A stretch of DNA of 64,000 nt. It comes from Promethearchaeota archaeon (GTDB lineage Archaea; Asgardarchaeota; Lokiarchaeia; Sigyniarchaeales; SOKP01). Of the stretch, positions 29,261 to 39,026 are shown piece by piece. The stretch is from NCBI GenBank assembly GCA_016840085.1, contig JAEOTA010000018.1, positions 64,001 through 128,000 on the forward strand, read 5' to 3'. Position 1 is the first letter of the stretch, and each line of letters starts with the position of its first letter. Made by a program: the position numbers and the translations under genes. The notes below the pieces were generated by a model, which saw nothing but the letters and a program-made list of their open reading frames with translations, was not told the DNA's origin and did no database searches.

Positions 29261-30376
29261 TTATTTTTCTATTATAGTTTCTTTTATTACTGTACCAAAA
29301 TGAGTTGCCCCAGGTCCTATGTGAATTAAAACCTCATCTCCAACTTTAATATCGACGACAGGTTTAGCTTTACCATCTGCTCCTACTAGACGAATCGTTT
29401 CTGCATTTTGACAAATGCAACTTATCGGTATTATTTTATCTCCTTTTGAAACTTCCAATTCGAATCTCAACATTGGTCGAGTTTCAATTTTCACCCTTCC
29501 AATTGATACTATTCTAGCTTCACCTTTGTTAGTAACTGCTAAAACTTTATCTCCACCTTTCAACTCACTAAGATACTTTGTGCGATATAATTTTCCAGGA
29601 TCATCATCAGGTACCAATATATAGGCAGAGACATCTCCTGCATTAACCCTAAATGGTCTAGATGATACAAACTGGGTTTCAAATGTTTCAGAATGAATTA
29701 AACAAAATCCTGCAGCTGTTGATCCTACCAGTAACCCTTCTCCAATATGTAGAAGTGAAGAGGTGTCAACACAGACTCTTTCTGCTTCAGGTATATTCTG
29801 AATGTTGAGTACTTTTGCTTTGATAAGTTCAATATGAAAGGTGGTATGTACCAGTTTTTTAAGCTCTACAATATCATTCACCTTCTTTGGTGTAAAAAGA
29901 ATTCCATCTACTCCAATTTCTAAAGTTTTCAACATCAATTCAGCTTCTTTAGCATTATTTACTGTGGCAATTAATTCAGTATCGTTATCATGCATTTCTG
30001 CTATAAGATTTTCAAAAGGGATTATTTTCCAATCCTTAGCAGAGACAATAATAAAATCAACTTGTCTACTTTTTGAAAGCTCAACAATATCTTTCTCATC
30101 ATCTTTTGACTGTAGTTCTTTATAATATCCGATGAAGCATTCTGAATATTTTTTATTAGATAGTAATTCTTTCAGTTTCTCTTTATTATCAATTATAAAA
30201 TTATTAGCTGGAATATCCAGATATTTTGTAAATAGATTTATACGTTCAATTTGTTTAAACTCAGTATAAGTATCCGTTGAAACTAAAAAATTTAAAATAT
30301 CTTTATTGAACGCTTCTTGAACTAATTCTTTTAAATTTACACTTTTATTCTCAAAATTTAAGATTATTTTTTTCAT
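29261..30376 (-). CDS. aroB': 3-dehydroquinate synthase II (archaeal type)
   Basis: DWKIIPFENLIA, LEIGVDG, RVCVDT, GEGLLVGS, RPFRVNAG, RVKIETRP, QNAETIRL. Confidence 0.93.
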   Translation of the reverse strand: MKKIILNFENKSVNLKELVQEAFNKDILNFLVSTDTYTEFKQIERINLFTKYLDIPANNFIIDNKEKLKELLSNKKYSECFIGYYKELQSKDDEKDIVELSKSRQVDFIIVSAKDWKIIPFENLIAEMHDNDTELIATVNNAKEAELMLKTLEIGVDGILFTPKKVNDIVELKKLVHTTFHIELIKAKVLNIQNIPEAERVCVDTSSLLHIGEGLLVGSTAAGFCLIHSETFETQFVSSRPFRVNAGDVSAYILVPDDDPGKLYRTKYLSELKGGDKVLAVTNKGEARIVSIGRVKIETRPMLRFELEVSKGDKIIPISCICQNAETIRLVGADGKAKPVVDIKVGDEVLIHIGPGATHFGTVIKETIIEK

Positions 30377-30534
30377 AACATCAAATTGCTAGATTTTGGA
30401 CTATGAAAGTTTTTTTTTTAAGTAATTATTTTATTATTTTGTATTAGTTTATTATTAAATTTTTAAGTTAGTAAATTCATATTATTCATAATATAGGAAA
30501 TTAAAATATAACTTCTAAGTAGAGTGGAGTTAAA

Positions 30535-31182
30535 ATGGGTTTAAAAAAGAAGCTGTTCCCCAGAAAAGGAAAGGAAAAAGATGACTTAGTTGCTAAAGCA
30601 AAAGCTCATATTCACAAATTAAATGTAATGAATAGAAATTATACAAAACGCGCCGAGATAAGCCGAAAAAATGCAAAAATTGCTTTGAAACGGGGTGAAA
30701 AAGATCGAGCAAAGAATTATCTTATCCAGTACAAGTCATACAACGCAAAGGTTGATAGATCAAACAATATTAGAGGAAAAATAGAACGCCAAATTCAAGC
30801 AATTGAAGAAGGACAATTAATAAGTTCCACAGGGGATATCTTCGGGGGAATACGAGATGAATTAGAGTATATCGCTACAAAAGCGTCCCCCGCGAAAGTA
30901 GCGGAAATAGCGGAAGACTCTGAAGTATATGTTGCTGAAATTGAAGAAGCTGCAGATATTTTAGCAGGTGATCCTGAAATTGATCTTGCAATCGATGTTA
31001 CAGAAGAATTGAATCAGTTAGAAACAGAAATGCTCCTTGATCAAGGAGGTGCAATGCCTGAAGTTCCTTCAGATGAGCTACAATATATACCTGACTACGA
31101 GATTGAAGAGGAACCTGAGGTTAAATCGAAGGAAAAACTCCAAGATGAAATTGAAAAGCTAAGAAAAGAATTAGAAGGTTAA
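30535..31182 (+). CDS. Snf7/ESCRT-III family protein (Vps20/32/60-like)
   Basis: Basic helical N-half (AK.ALKRGEKDRAK..L), acidic C-half, EEL..LE, MPEVP, C-terminal amphipathic helix. Confidence 0.82.
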   Translation: MGLKKKLFPRKGKEKDDLVAKAKAHIHKLNVMNRNYTKRAEISRKNAKIALKRGEKDRAKNYLIQYKSYNAKVDRSNNIRGKIERQIQAIEEGQLISSTGDIFGGIRDELEYIATKASPAKVAEIAEDSEVYVAEIEEAADILAGDPEIDLAIDVTEELNQLETEMLLDQGGAMPEVPSDELQYIPDYEIEEEPEVKSKEKLQDEIEKLRKELEG

Positions 31183-31243
31183 ACCTTTTTCAATGAATTT
31201 CTTTTTCTTTTACGATTAAATAATATTGATTTAGATACTTTAA

Positions 31244-32260
31244 CTATTGTTTTAATTCATTTAGAGCTTTAACCATATTTTTTACTTTTTTAATAGCTAT
31301 TTCATAACCACCTTTCTCTCCAAAAGAATCTTTTAAAGGTAGAAAGCCACAATCAGGTTTTATAATTAAATTTTCTCCACCATATTGTTCTATTGCTTCT
31401 TTTATGTAATTTTTAAGAAAATCAACTCCTTCGATATAGTCATTAATTTTTTTTCCATTTACAGGTAAAAACTTTGATTTAACAGTTCCAAGAGCTAAAA
31501 ATTTATCATTTTTTTCGAAATGTTCTCTTTTGTAAATTTCAAAATTATCCTCATTTGTTGCAAATTCATGATCCAATATTTTTATATCTGTTTGGAGAAG
31601 TAGATCACGGCATTTAGGACTTATCCTTCCACATACATGAATTGAGGATAATGATTTTATTTCGGATACCGATTTATTCAGAATGTCTATAAGAAAATCT
31701 TCAGAATGGAATAATGGCTTTCTTCCTATTAGAAATCCTAATATTGGTTCATCGACGGAAATTATATTTATGCTCATATCATTATATGTTTTTGCCAATT
31801 GTTTTATGATTTCAGCAAGTTTTTCTACAATCCAATCCAACATTACTGCTCTAGGTTCAGAAAATACTCTGGGTTTGATACCTTTAGCGATTTCTCCTTT
31901 CAAAATTATTTCGCTAGCCAAAGTTAAAGGTCCTGTTATACAAGCTTTTGTTCCCTTGACTTGTTCTAAAAGATGAGGTCGTTCCATAAAAAAATTTTTG
32001 ATAAAAGCTCCATATTGTAACGCAACTGACTTTTTTGGAATTTTAAAATCATCATTTAAATAAAATTTATTACCAGCTTCTTCTAATTGAGTAATTACTT
32101 TTGCTAATGGAGATAAAAATTGGTTGATCATTGATATTAACTGGGGATAACATGGATAATCAACGCCTATTTGAATTAAATCTTCAAAGATCCTTATCAT
32201 ATTTTCTTCATTGTTAGTTAGAGGCCAACTTCCAACAACAGTAGTGAATGGATTATCCAT
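31244..32260 (-). CDS. Core (single-barrel) MetE-like methionine synthase
   Basis: TTVVGSWP, ITGPLTLA, VDEP, IHVCG, PDCG. Confidence 0.85.
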   Translation of the reverse strand: MDNPFTTVVGSWPLTNNEENMIRIFEDLIQIGVDYPCYPQLISMINQFLSPLAKVITQLEEAGNKFYLNDDFKIPKKSVALQYGAFIKNFFMERPHLLEQVKGTKACITGPLTLASEIILKGEIAKGIKPRVFSEPRAVMLDWIVEKLAEIIKQLAKTYNDMSINIISVDEPILGFLIGRKPLFHSEDFLIDILNKSVSEIKSLSSIHVCGRISPKCRDLLLQTDIKILDHEFATNEDNFEIYKREHFEKNDKFLALGTVKSKFLPVNGKKINDYIEGVDFLKNYIKEAIEQYGGENLIIKPDCGFLPLKDSFGEKGGYEIAIKKVKNMVKALNELKQ

Positions 32261-32327
32261 ATATAGTAAAAAAGTTCAAAGAATATAAAACTAGATAATA
32301 TAAATTAAAGTATGCTAAGCTAAAAAT

Positions 32328-34334
32328 CTAGGTATAAAATCTTTTATTATTAAAATTTCTGTTATTTTGTTTAATAGATTCTAATTCTTCCAAATTATGT
32401 TGTAAAGTTTGAATCTTCTTATCGATAAGATAAATTTCCTTGTTTAGATTTCTAAAAGTCCTAAAATAATCACTTTCTGATATCAAACCTTGATCAAACT
32501 TCTTTTCAAGTTTTTTTAATGTAGTTTTAAGACCATATCGCTCTTTTTCTAATTCGTTCATCTTTTTTTGATTTTCTTTATCTAACTTATAAAGCTTTCT
32601 TTTATTTCGAAAAGATTTACCTGTTAAAACATTATCACGGCTGAACAAAGAGGATAAATGATTTCTATTAAATTCTTGGAATGTAGATTCGTCATTTGAG
32701 ATAATTGGGTCTTCATTAAAACCGTGTGTTTCGTCCATCTTTCTCATTATATTATGTCGATTATTAATATTATTAAATTGGGGATTATAACGATTATTAG
32801 GTTGAGGATTATAATTCTGAAATCTGGTTGGATCGTAAAGATTTTGCATAAAGAATTTGCTTTGATATTGGTTTTGTGGTGAGTATTGATTTAAATGATT
32901 TCTATAATTGTGTAAAAGCGCAGGAGATTGAAATACTTCTGGAAAACTGTTTATATTTTCGGGAATATATTGATTGTTTGGATATGAAATCATAGGATTA
33001 TTTGGAATTGGTTGCCTTAAATTTTGGTTATATTGTGAAGAGAATTGAGGATACATCTGAGAAGTAATATTTTGGATTTGGTTGGGTTGAAAATTATGAG
33101 AAAGAACTTTATTATAATTTTGAGGATTCCCATATCCTTTATTATATTGACATTTTAAACTGAAAAATGAATTAATACTTTCTTCTATGAAATCTATTAA
33201 AATGTTTAAATCAATATCGATTTCCCACAGTTCCTCTGCAGATTTTTTATCAAATATAGTAGTTTCATCAAAAGTTCTTGCCAAAAGAATATATTCAATT
33301 ACTCTTTTAATTGCTTTTGGAGGGAGTGTAAATTCATATTTACCATATTCAAACTCAATATACAATTTTTTGAATAGTTTTCCTTTTTCCTTAATCCGAA
33401 TTAAATCTTTAACTGGGGCTTTAAAGCTTAATTCTACTTTTTTTTTAAGTAAACCAAATTCATGAATAAATGATAAATCAAAATTAGTAATAAATAAGAT
33501 ACCCTTATCTTTCTTATATCTTTCTTCATTATTTAAACCATTAGCTAATTTAGCATGAATAGCATAAACAGGCTTCTCTTTCTCTGCTAAGTTTAGATGT
33601 TTTTTAAAATTAGTAAAATAATACCCTATTTTGTCAATAAATTTTAGATTTTTTTCAAAAGATTCTATGGTTTCATTAAAAGTATTAACATTATTTAATA
33701 CAAAATCATTGATAGAATTATAGCTACGAATAAGATTATCAAAAATCCCTTCGATAATTGTAATGTTCGTGTTAGGTTGGGCATATATATCAAAATAATA
33801 TTCTTTATAAAGAATTAATTGATGAAAATGAGCATTTATTTTATCATATAAGGTATTTTGCACATATATAAAGAGTTTAAAGAGAGCTAATAGATCTGAT
33901 TCCATTTTTGGAAAATGGTAATATTTAATTGGAGGATCTCTTGCTGTTTTTATTTTTTGTTGATATTTATATAAAGTATTAAGAACATCTCTTAAAGGAT
34001 TAACAAATAACCTTGAATTCTTGATTAATTCTAAAAAGGATTTTTCTAATTCTTCTTTTTTCTCATAAATATTAATAATTTTATGTGAGCTACATTTTGG
34101 GCATGATTTTAAAAGTTGGTGATCTTTTACAATATTTTCATTTCCGCAATCTTTACATCTTATTGTTTTTTCAGAATCAGTAACTTCAATGTTTTTGGAA
34201 TTACAATCTTGACAGATATAACTATCAACTTTTTTCTCATGTAAACAGTCAGAACAACAATTAGCACCACATTCTTCACAATAGTAAGCTAACTTTACAT
34301 ATCGTTGACAAAAACGACAAATTTGCTCTGACAT
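32328..34334 (-). CDS. Multidomain protein: Cys-rich Zn fingers, coiled coil, PH/GRAM-like domain, Q/N/P/Y-rich region, steadiness-box-like C-terminus (ESCRT-I-related candidate)
   Basis: Six CxxC pairs in the first ~80 aa; GILFITNFDLSF; NQ-rich tract; LEKKFDQGLISESDYFRTFRNLNKEIYLI. Confidence 0.6.
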   Translation of the reverse strand: MSEQICRFCQRYVKLAYYCEECGANCCSDCLHEKKVDSYICQDCNSKNIEVTDSEKTIRCKDCGNENIVKDHQLLKSCPKCSSHKIINIYEKKEELEKSFLELIKNSRLFVNPLRDVLNTLYKYQQKIKTARDPPIKYYHFPKMESDLLALFKLFIYVQNTLYDKINAHFHQLILYKEYYFDIYAQPNTNITIIEGIFDNLIRSYNSINDFVLNNVNTFNETIESFEKNLKFIDKIGYYFTNFKKHLNLAEKEKPVYAIHAKLANGLNNEERYKKDKGILFITNFDLSFIHEFGLLKKKVELSFKAPVKDLIRIKEKGKLFKKLYIEFEYGKYEFTLPPKAIKRVIEYILLARTFDETTIFDKKSAEELWEIDIDLNILIDFIEESINSFFSLKCQYNKGYGNPQNYNKVLSHNFQPNQIQNITSQMYPQFSSQYNQNLRQPIPNNPMISYPNNQYIPENINSFPEVFQSPALLHNYRNHLNQYSPQNQYQSKFFMQNLYDPTRFQNYNPQPNNRYNPQFNNINNRHNIMRKMDETHGFNEDPIISNDESTFQEFNRNHLSSLFSRDNVLTGKSFRNKRKLYKLDKENQKKMNELEKERYGLKTTLKKLEKKFDQGLISESDYFRTFRNLNKEIYLIDKKIQTLQHNLEELESIKQNNRNFNNKRFYT

Positions 34335-34487
34335 TTTTTTAATTTAAACCCAACCTAATAAGATAAAAATTCGTTTATAATCGCTTTATCAGAAGAATAA
34401 CAAATTTCAAACCATAAAAAAAGTTATATTATTGTTATATTATCCAGATATGGTGAGTGAGAAAAATAAGTGTGAATCTTAAAAAAG

Positions 34488-34781
34488 TTATTTTATTATT
34501 TTTACTTTTTTTCCTAACGCTTGCCCAGGAACTCCTGCTTTTTTAAAATGAGCTCTTACAGCACCATTATTTCCATGCGCACGAGTTATTACACCTTTTA
34601 ATTCCTTACCTGAAGGAGTATCCCAAACAACGGTCCTTCCAATAAGTCTGTTTGCCTCTTTTCTTGTCCTTATATTTGGAAAAACTAAAATACAGTGTTT
34701 CTGATGAACTGTGTGACGACCCCTTTTATAATTTGATATAACTCCTTCCATACCCAAAATATCTAATTTACTTAATGACAT
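34488..34781 (-). CDS. rpl35ae: Ribosomal protein eL33 (L35Ae)
   Basis: GVISNYKRG, LIGRTVVW, GVITRAHGNNGAVRAHF, PGQALG. Confidence 0.95.
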   Translation of the reverse strand: MSLSKLDILGMEGVISNYKRGRHTVHQKHCILVFPNIRTRKEANRLIGRTVVWDTPSGKELKGVITRAHGNNGAVRAHFKKAGVPGQALGKKVKIIK

Positions 34782-34954
34782 AGATGACTAATCAGCAGTT
34801 AAATTTAATTTTCTGTATTAATAGGAAAAATACTCCAAAACTATTAAGTTTTTTCGATTATATTGTTATTTCTTAAAAAATAGGATTGAAATTAAGATAT
34901 TCATAGTATCTTAGTAAAAAACATTTTTGAACTTATCAAGTTTAATATAATTAA

Positions 34955-36358
34955 ATGAGAGTAGCTTTTAGTAAAATTAAACTTACACCAAAAAATTATA
35001 TTGGAAAATCCTTGGCAGGTTATACAAGAAAAGACCCTTGTTTGGGGAAATTAGATGATATCTATGCGTATGCTGTTTTAATTGATGGAACTTCAGAAGC
35101 TACTAAAAAAAGTATTTTATTATTGATTTCAATAGATACCTTAAAAATTCCGTTATCAATTTCAAAATATATTAAGAAAAAAATCAGTTCTAATCATCCC
35201 AAATTAGATTCTGAACATATTTTAATACATGCCACTCATACACATGCTTCTTTCGATCTTACTGGTGAGTTCTATAAACCAGGAGGTACTTTTAATGTGA
35301 TGAAGGGCATAATGTTTGGGGCGAATAGAAATGATAGTTATATAGTATGGTTTGCTAGAAAGATTATTAAAATGGTCAAGGAATTATTTAATAAACTAAA
35401 ACCATGTATCATTGCTTCTAAGAAAGAAAAATTTAATCCAGATATTGTAATCAATCGAAGACATCCTACAAGTAATACGAAACCACATTTAGGTGTTATT
35501 ACTTTTAAAAGCTTAGATACAAAAGAATTGGTTGGAATTATTGTTAATTATGCTTGTCATCCTACAACTCTATCCTATAAAAATAATAAACTATCAGCTG
35601 ATTATCCTGGACGAATAATTCATAAAATAGAAGAATTAACTAATGGTAGAATAAACACTATATATTTTAATGGTCCTTCGGGAGATTTAAATCCTATAAC
35701 TACTTGTGGAATAGATTATCCAAAATTAGAAGTTGACAAATCTCTTATATACGATCAACTTGGAACTTATGAAGACACAATTAGAATTGGAAATTCTATA
35801 GCAGAAGCGGCATTAAAATTGGCTAATAGTATTTCAGAGGAGGATTATTTTGATAGTATTGAAATTCAGCCCAATACAAAATATATCTGGATTCCTATGA
35901 AAGATTATAAATATATTTCGAAATTATGGTTAAAAAACAAGCTTATTTTTGCACTCAAGAAATATTTCTTATTAATGGTTGCTAGAGTTAATATACTCAA
36001 TTCAAATTTCCCAATCTTTATTTTAAATAAGAAAATTTTAGGGATAAAATGTAAGACTTTAATTCAAAATATTAAAATTAAAATCAGTAAAAAGTCTAAA
36101 TCAAAGGAGTTTAGCATTTTGACCATTCCAGGTGAATTATTTGAAGATATTGGCAAATTTTTATATAGATATTCAATAACAGGAATAATGAATACATATA
36201 TATTTCAAAATACTCAAGATTGGATTGCTTATTTATTTCCACTAAAAGAATACATTAATGAAGGAGGTTATGAGCCAATACCGAGTTTCAGTCCTATCTG
36301 TGGATATTATATAAAAAATGAGATGAGGAATCTTATAAATGATATAAAAAAAATATAG
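34955..36358 (+). CDS. Neutral/alkaline ceramidase-like hydrolase
   Basis: LAGY, HATHTHA, NRR, NYACHPT, SADYPG, NGPSGDLNP, PGELF, GGYE. Confidence 0.82.
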   Translation: MRVAFSKIKLTPKNYIGKSLAGYTRKDPCLGKLDDIYAYAVLIDGTSEATKKSILLLISIDTLKIPLSISKYIKKKISSNHPKLDSEHILIHATHTHASFDLTGEFYKPGGTFNVMKGIMFGANRNDSYIVWFARKIIKMVKELFNKLKPCIIASKKEKFNPDIVINRRHPTSNTKPHLGVITFKSLDTKELVGIIVNYACHPTTLSYKNNKLSADYPGRIIHKIEELTNGRINTIYFNGPSGDLNPITTCGIDYPKLEVDKSLIYDQLGTYEDTIRIGNSIAEAALKLANSISEEDYFDSIEIQPNTKYIWIPMKDYKYISKLWLKNKLIFALKKYFLLMVARVNILNSNFPIFILNKKILGIKCKTLIQNIKIKISKKSKSKEFSILTIPGELFEDIGKFLYRYSITGIMNTYIFQNTQDWIAYLFPLKEYINEGGYEPIPSFSPICGYYIKNEMRNLINDIKKI

Positions 36359-36366
36359 TTTTATTT

Positions 36367-37533
36367 CTACTCACTAAGATTTTCAGCTTTTATCCAAGCT
36401 TCTTGATTAATCTTATTTAATTCAGTGATAATATTTTCTTTAGTTAAATAGGGCTTCTCTTGTATTATTTTCTCTACTTTAGATAATAAATCAGATTCTA
36501 AACTTCTTAGTTTAGAAATGTTTATTCGTGATTTTGACATAGTATGTTTACACCAATACCATTCTAGATCAACGTTTTTATATGGCCCAGGTTCATAATA
36601 TTTTTGTCCTTCTACAGGAAAAATATAAGGTTTATAGATGCTAAGACACGGTAACGTGGTCCCAGTGAACCAATGTATTGATTGTTTTCCTTTCCTTAGA
36701 TGTGAAACTTGAGAACCTGTGGATTCAAAACCTCCATGCATACAAATTCCTGCATCATGTTCTCTAAGAAATTTCATCATCATTTCATGAGTTATATTCC
36801 CTTTATTTTCGTTCAAAAGTAGTGCTGATTTTCCACCTCGAGATAATGGAGATGGTTTGTCAGAGATATAAGATCCTGAAAAGGATACTGCGAAATCAAA
36901 ATCATTATCATCTTTACAATAACCTTTTTCTATAGCATGCTGGATAATCCCATCGCTGCGAATATCTCCTTTACCTCTAATTGAAATGCCATTTGATATT
37001 GATCTTACATCCTTTACTTTTTCAGCGACCCACCACACGTCAGCAGTTTCTAATACAAACGCTTCATTAGGATCGGCAATTAAAAATGAATTATGATACA
37101 TCCAATTCGGATCGTTATAAGCACATCCTCCACCTTGTCCATATTTTTCTAATAAAGCAACAATGATAGTTAATGCTTCTTTTGCCGTTTTCCCTCTTTC
37201 AAGGCCTAGTCTTAATACATCCATGCCTAATAATCCAATAGATCTTAACGATTCATGAGTATATACGGCTTCATTCCCAATCGCAACACCACATTCATTA
37301 ACACCCATTTCTGCCCCCCACATCCACCATGGTTGGCTCAATAACACAGCATAAGTTTCAGAAACTTGAGGAATTGAGATATAAGTACATTTTAATTCTT
37401 CTCCCTTTGAATGCATAGCTCCTGGATTATATGTTATTAATTGGACCTCATTATAAGGTCTATCAGAATTTTTTCCAAATATAATGTTTCTATCTTTTGT
37501 AGAATTACCAAGTGCTACTAATGTGTCACACAT
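36367..37533 (-). CDS. Peptidase C69 family (secernin/dipeptidase, Ntn hydrolase)
   Basis: N-terminal CDTLVA, FGKNSDRP, WMWGAEMGVNE, GLLGMD..RLGLERG, YHNSFLIAD. Confidence 0.92.
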   Translation of the reverse strand: MCDTLVALGNSTKDRNIIFGKNSDRPYNEVQLITYNPGAMHSKGEELKCTYISIPQVSETYAVLLSQPWWMWGAEMGVNECGVAIGNEAVYTHESLRSIGLLGMDVLRLGLERGKTAKEALTIIVALLEKYGQGGGCAYNDPNWMYHNSFLIADPNEAFVLETADVWWVAEKVKDVRSISNGISIRGKGDIRSDGIIQHAIEKGYCKDDNDFDFAVSFSGSYISDKPSPLSRGGKSALLLNENKGNITHEMMMKFLREHDAGICMHGGFESTGSQVSHLRKGKQSIHWFTGTTLPCLSIYKPYIFPVEGQKYYEPGPYKNVDLEWYWCKHTMSKSRINISKLRSLESDLLSKVEKIIQEKPYLTKENIITELNKINQEAWIKAENLSE

Positions 37534-37556
37534 AATCCTTTTTTCGGAATGTTTGT

Positions 37557-38777
37557 TTATTTGAGGTAATTTAAGGCCGTAAGCGCAAAAATTTTTGTTA
37601 CATTTATAACATCTTCGATATAAACAAACTCATCAGTGGAGTGAATATTACTCTCCCCTCGAAAAGATCCTATTAATATTGTTTCTATTCCTTTTTGTTG
37701 AAAAAAATGGGCGTCTGTAGTAGGGAGAAGGGCTTTAAACTCTCTCTCTTCATTATATACTGTCTTGAATGCATTTTTAACTATTTTAGCAAAATTTGAG
37801 TTAATATCTGTTATTTGTGGTTCAATATAAACTGGAATTTGAACGATTATGTTTAAATCTGGATCTTTTCTCTTTAAATCCTCAACAAAATCTAGTATTC
37901 TTGTTTTTAAATCCTCCAAATTTTGTTCTGGTATAGTATTTATTAAGCAATTTAAAATGCATTTATCAGGTATTGAAGTAACTGAAACTCCTCCTTCTAT
38001 TGATGTAAAATTAACACTACTAATTTTAGATGGCATATCCGGAGGAAGCGGATATTTTGTTTCCTTAAATTTTAATTCTTCTTGTATCTCCATTAGAAAA
38101 TTCATAATTAGAAGCATTTTATTAATTGCATTTATCCCGGAATATTTATTACGATTAGGGGAGAGTAAATCGGGCCATCCTTGTGCATGTCTACGTATTC
38201 CTTTAATATTAAAACTTATTTGAAACGTTCCTCCTCGAAAAGCCACTGGATAATCACTAATGGAATCACCCAATAAACAAGCATCTCCTTTTACAATCTC
38301 CTCATTAACAAGATATTTAGCTCCTAGGAAACCTCCAATCTCCTCATTTATTACTGCCGTTATGATTAATTTTCCATTTAAATCAAATCCAGCATCTAAT
38401 AAAGCTTTGGTTGCAAAAATTTCGGCAGCTATACAAGATTTATCATCAGCAGTTCCACGACCATATATCCTATCTCCTATTTTTTCAGCCCCATGCGGTT
38501 TTTTTGTCCAACCGTTATAAGTAGCAACTGTATCAAGATGGGCATTAAATATTAAAGTGGGACCTTTATCATTGCCTATTTCACCTATAACATTATGCCT
38601 TTTCCTTTGAGTATTTATTCCAAGCTCGCTTATTTTAGAAGCGATAAATTTAGATATTTCTTTATATTTGCCGGGAGGAACTTCTGAAGGGATTTTTATA
38701 AGTTCTTGAAGAAATTCAATAATTTCTCCTTTCATATTGTCAATTTTTTCTAGAACTATTTTTTCTATACCATTCAT
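37557..38777 (-). CDS. M20 family metallopeptidase (ArgE/DapE-like)
   Basis: NAHLDTV, YGRGTADDK, EEIGG, TDA, H..DE. Confidence 0.92.
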   Translation of the reverse strand: MNGIEKIVLEKIDNMKGEIIEFLQELIKIPSEVPPGKYKEISKFIASKISELGINTQRKRHNVIGEIGNDKGPTLIFNAHLDTVATYNGWTKKPHGAEKIGDRIYGRGTADDKSCIAAEIFATKALLDAGFDLNGKLIITAVINEEIGGFLGAKYLVNEEIVKGDACLLGDSISDYPVAFRGGTFQISFNIKGIRRHAQGWPDLLSPNRNKYSGINAINKMLLIMNFLMEIQEELKFKETKYPLPPDMPSKISSVNFTSIEGGVSVTSIPDKCILNCLINTIPEQNLEDLKTRILDFVEDLKRKDPDLNIIVQIPVYIEPQITDINSNFAKIVKNAFKTVYNEEREFKALLPTTDAHFFQQKGIETILIGSFRGESNIHSTDEFVYIEDVINVTKIFALTALNYLK

Positions 38778-39026
38778 ATTCTCTAAATTTTTTTTAATTT
38801 AAGGATATAAGTAATAATATTACATATTATCAATATTAGAAAATAAAAAACTTTTATGAGTAAATTTTAAGATATTACTATTTCTGTCATAATTTCTCAT
38901 ACAAATCCAAATTTAATTAAGTTTTAATAAAATTCTTATTTTAAAGAATTAAATAATACTATACTTAGATTAATAGATTTATTATTTTTATTCCGCTAAT
39001 AAGAGTCTTTTTAAAAGAATTGAAAT

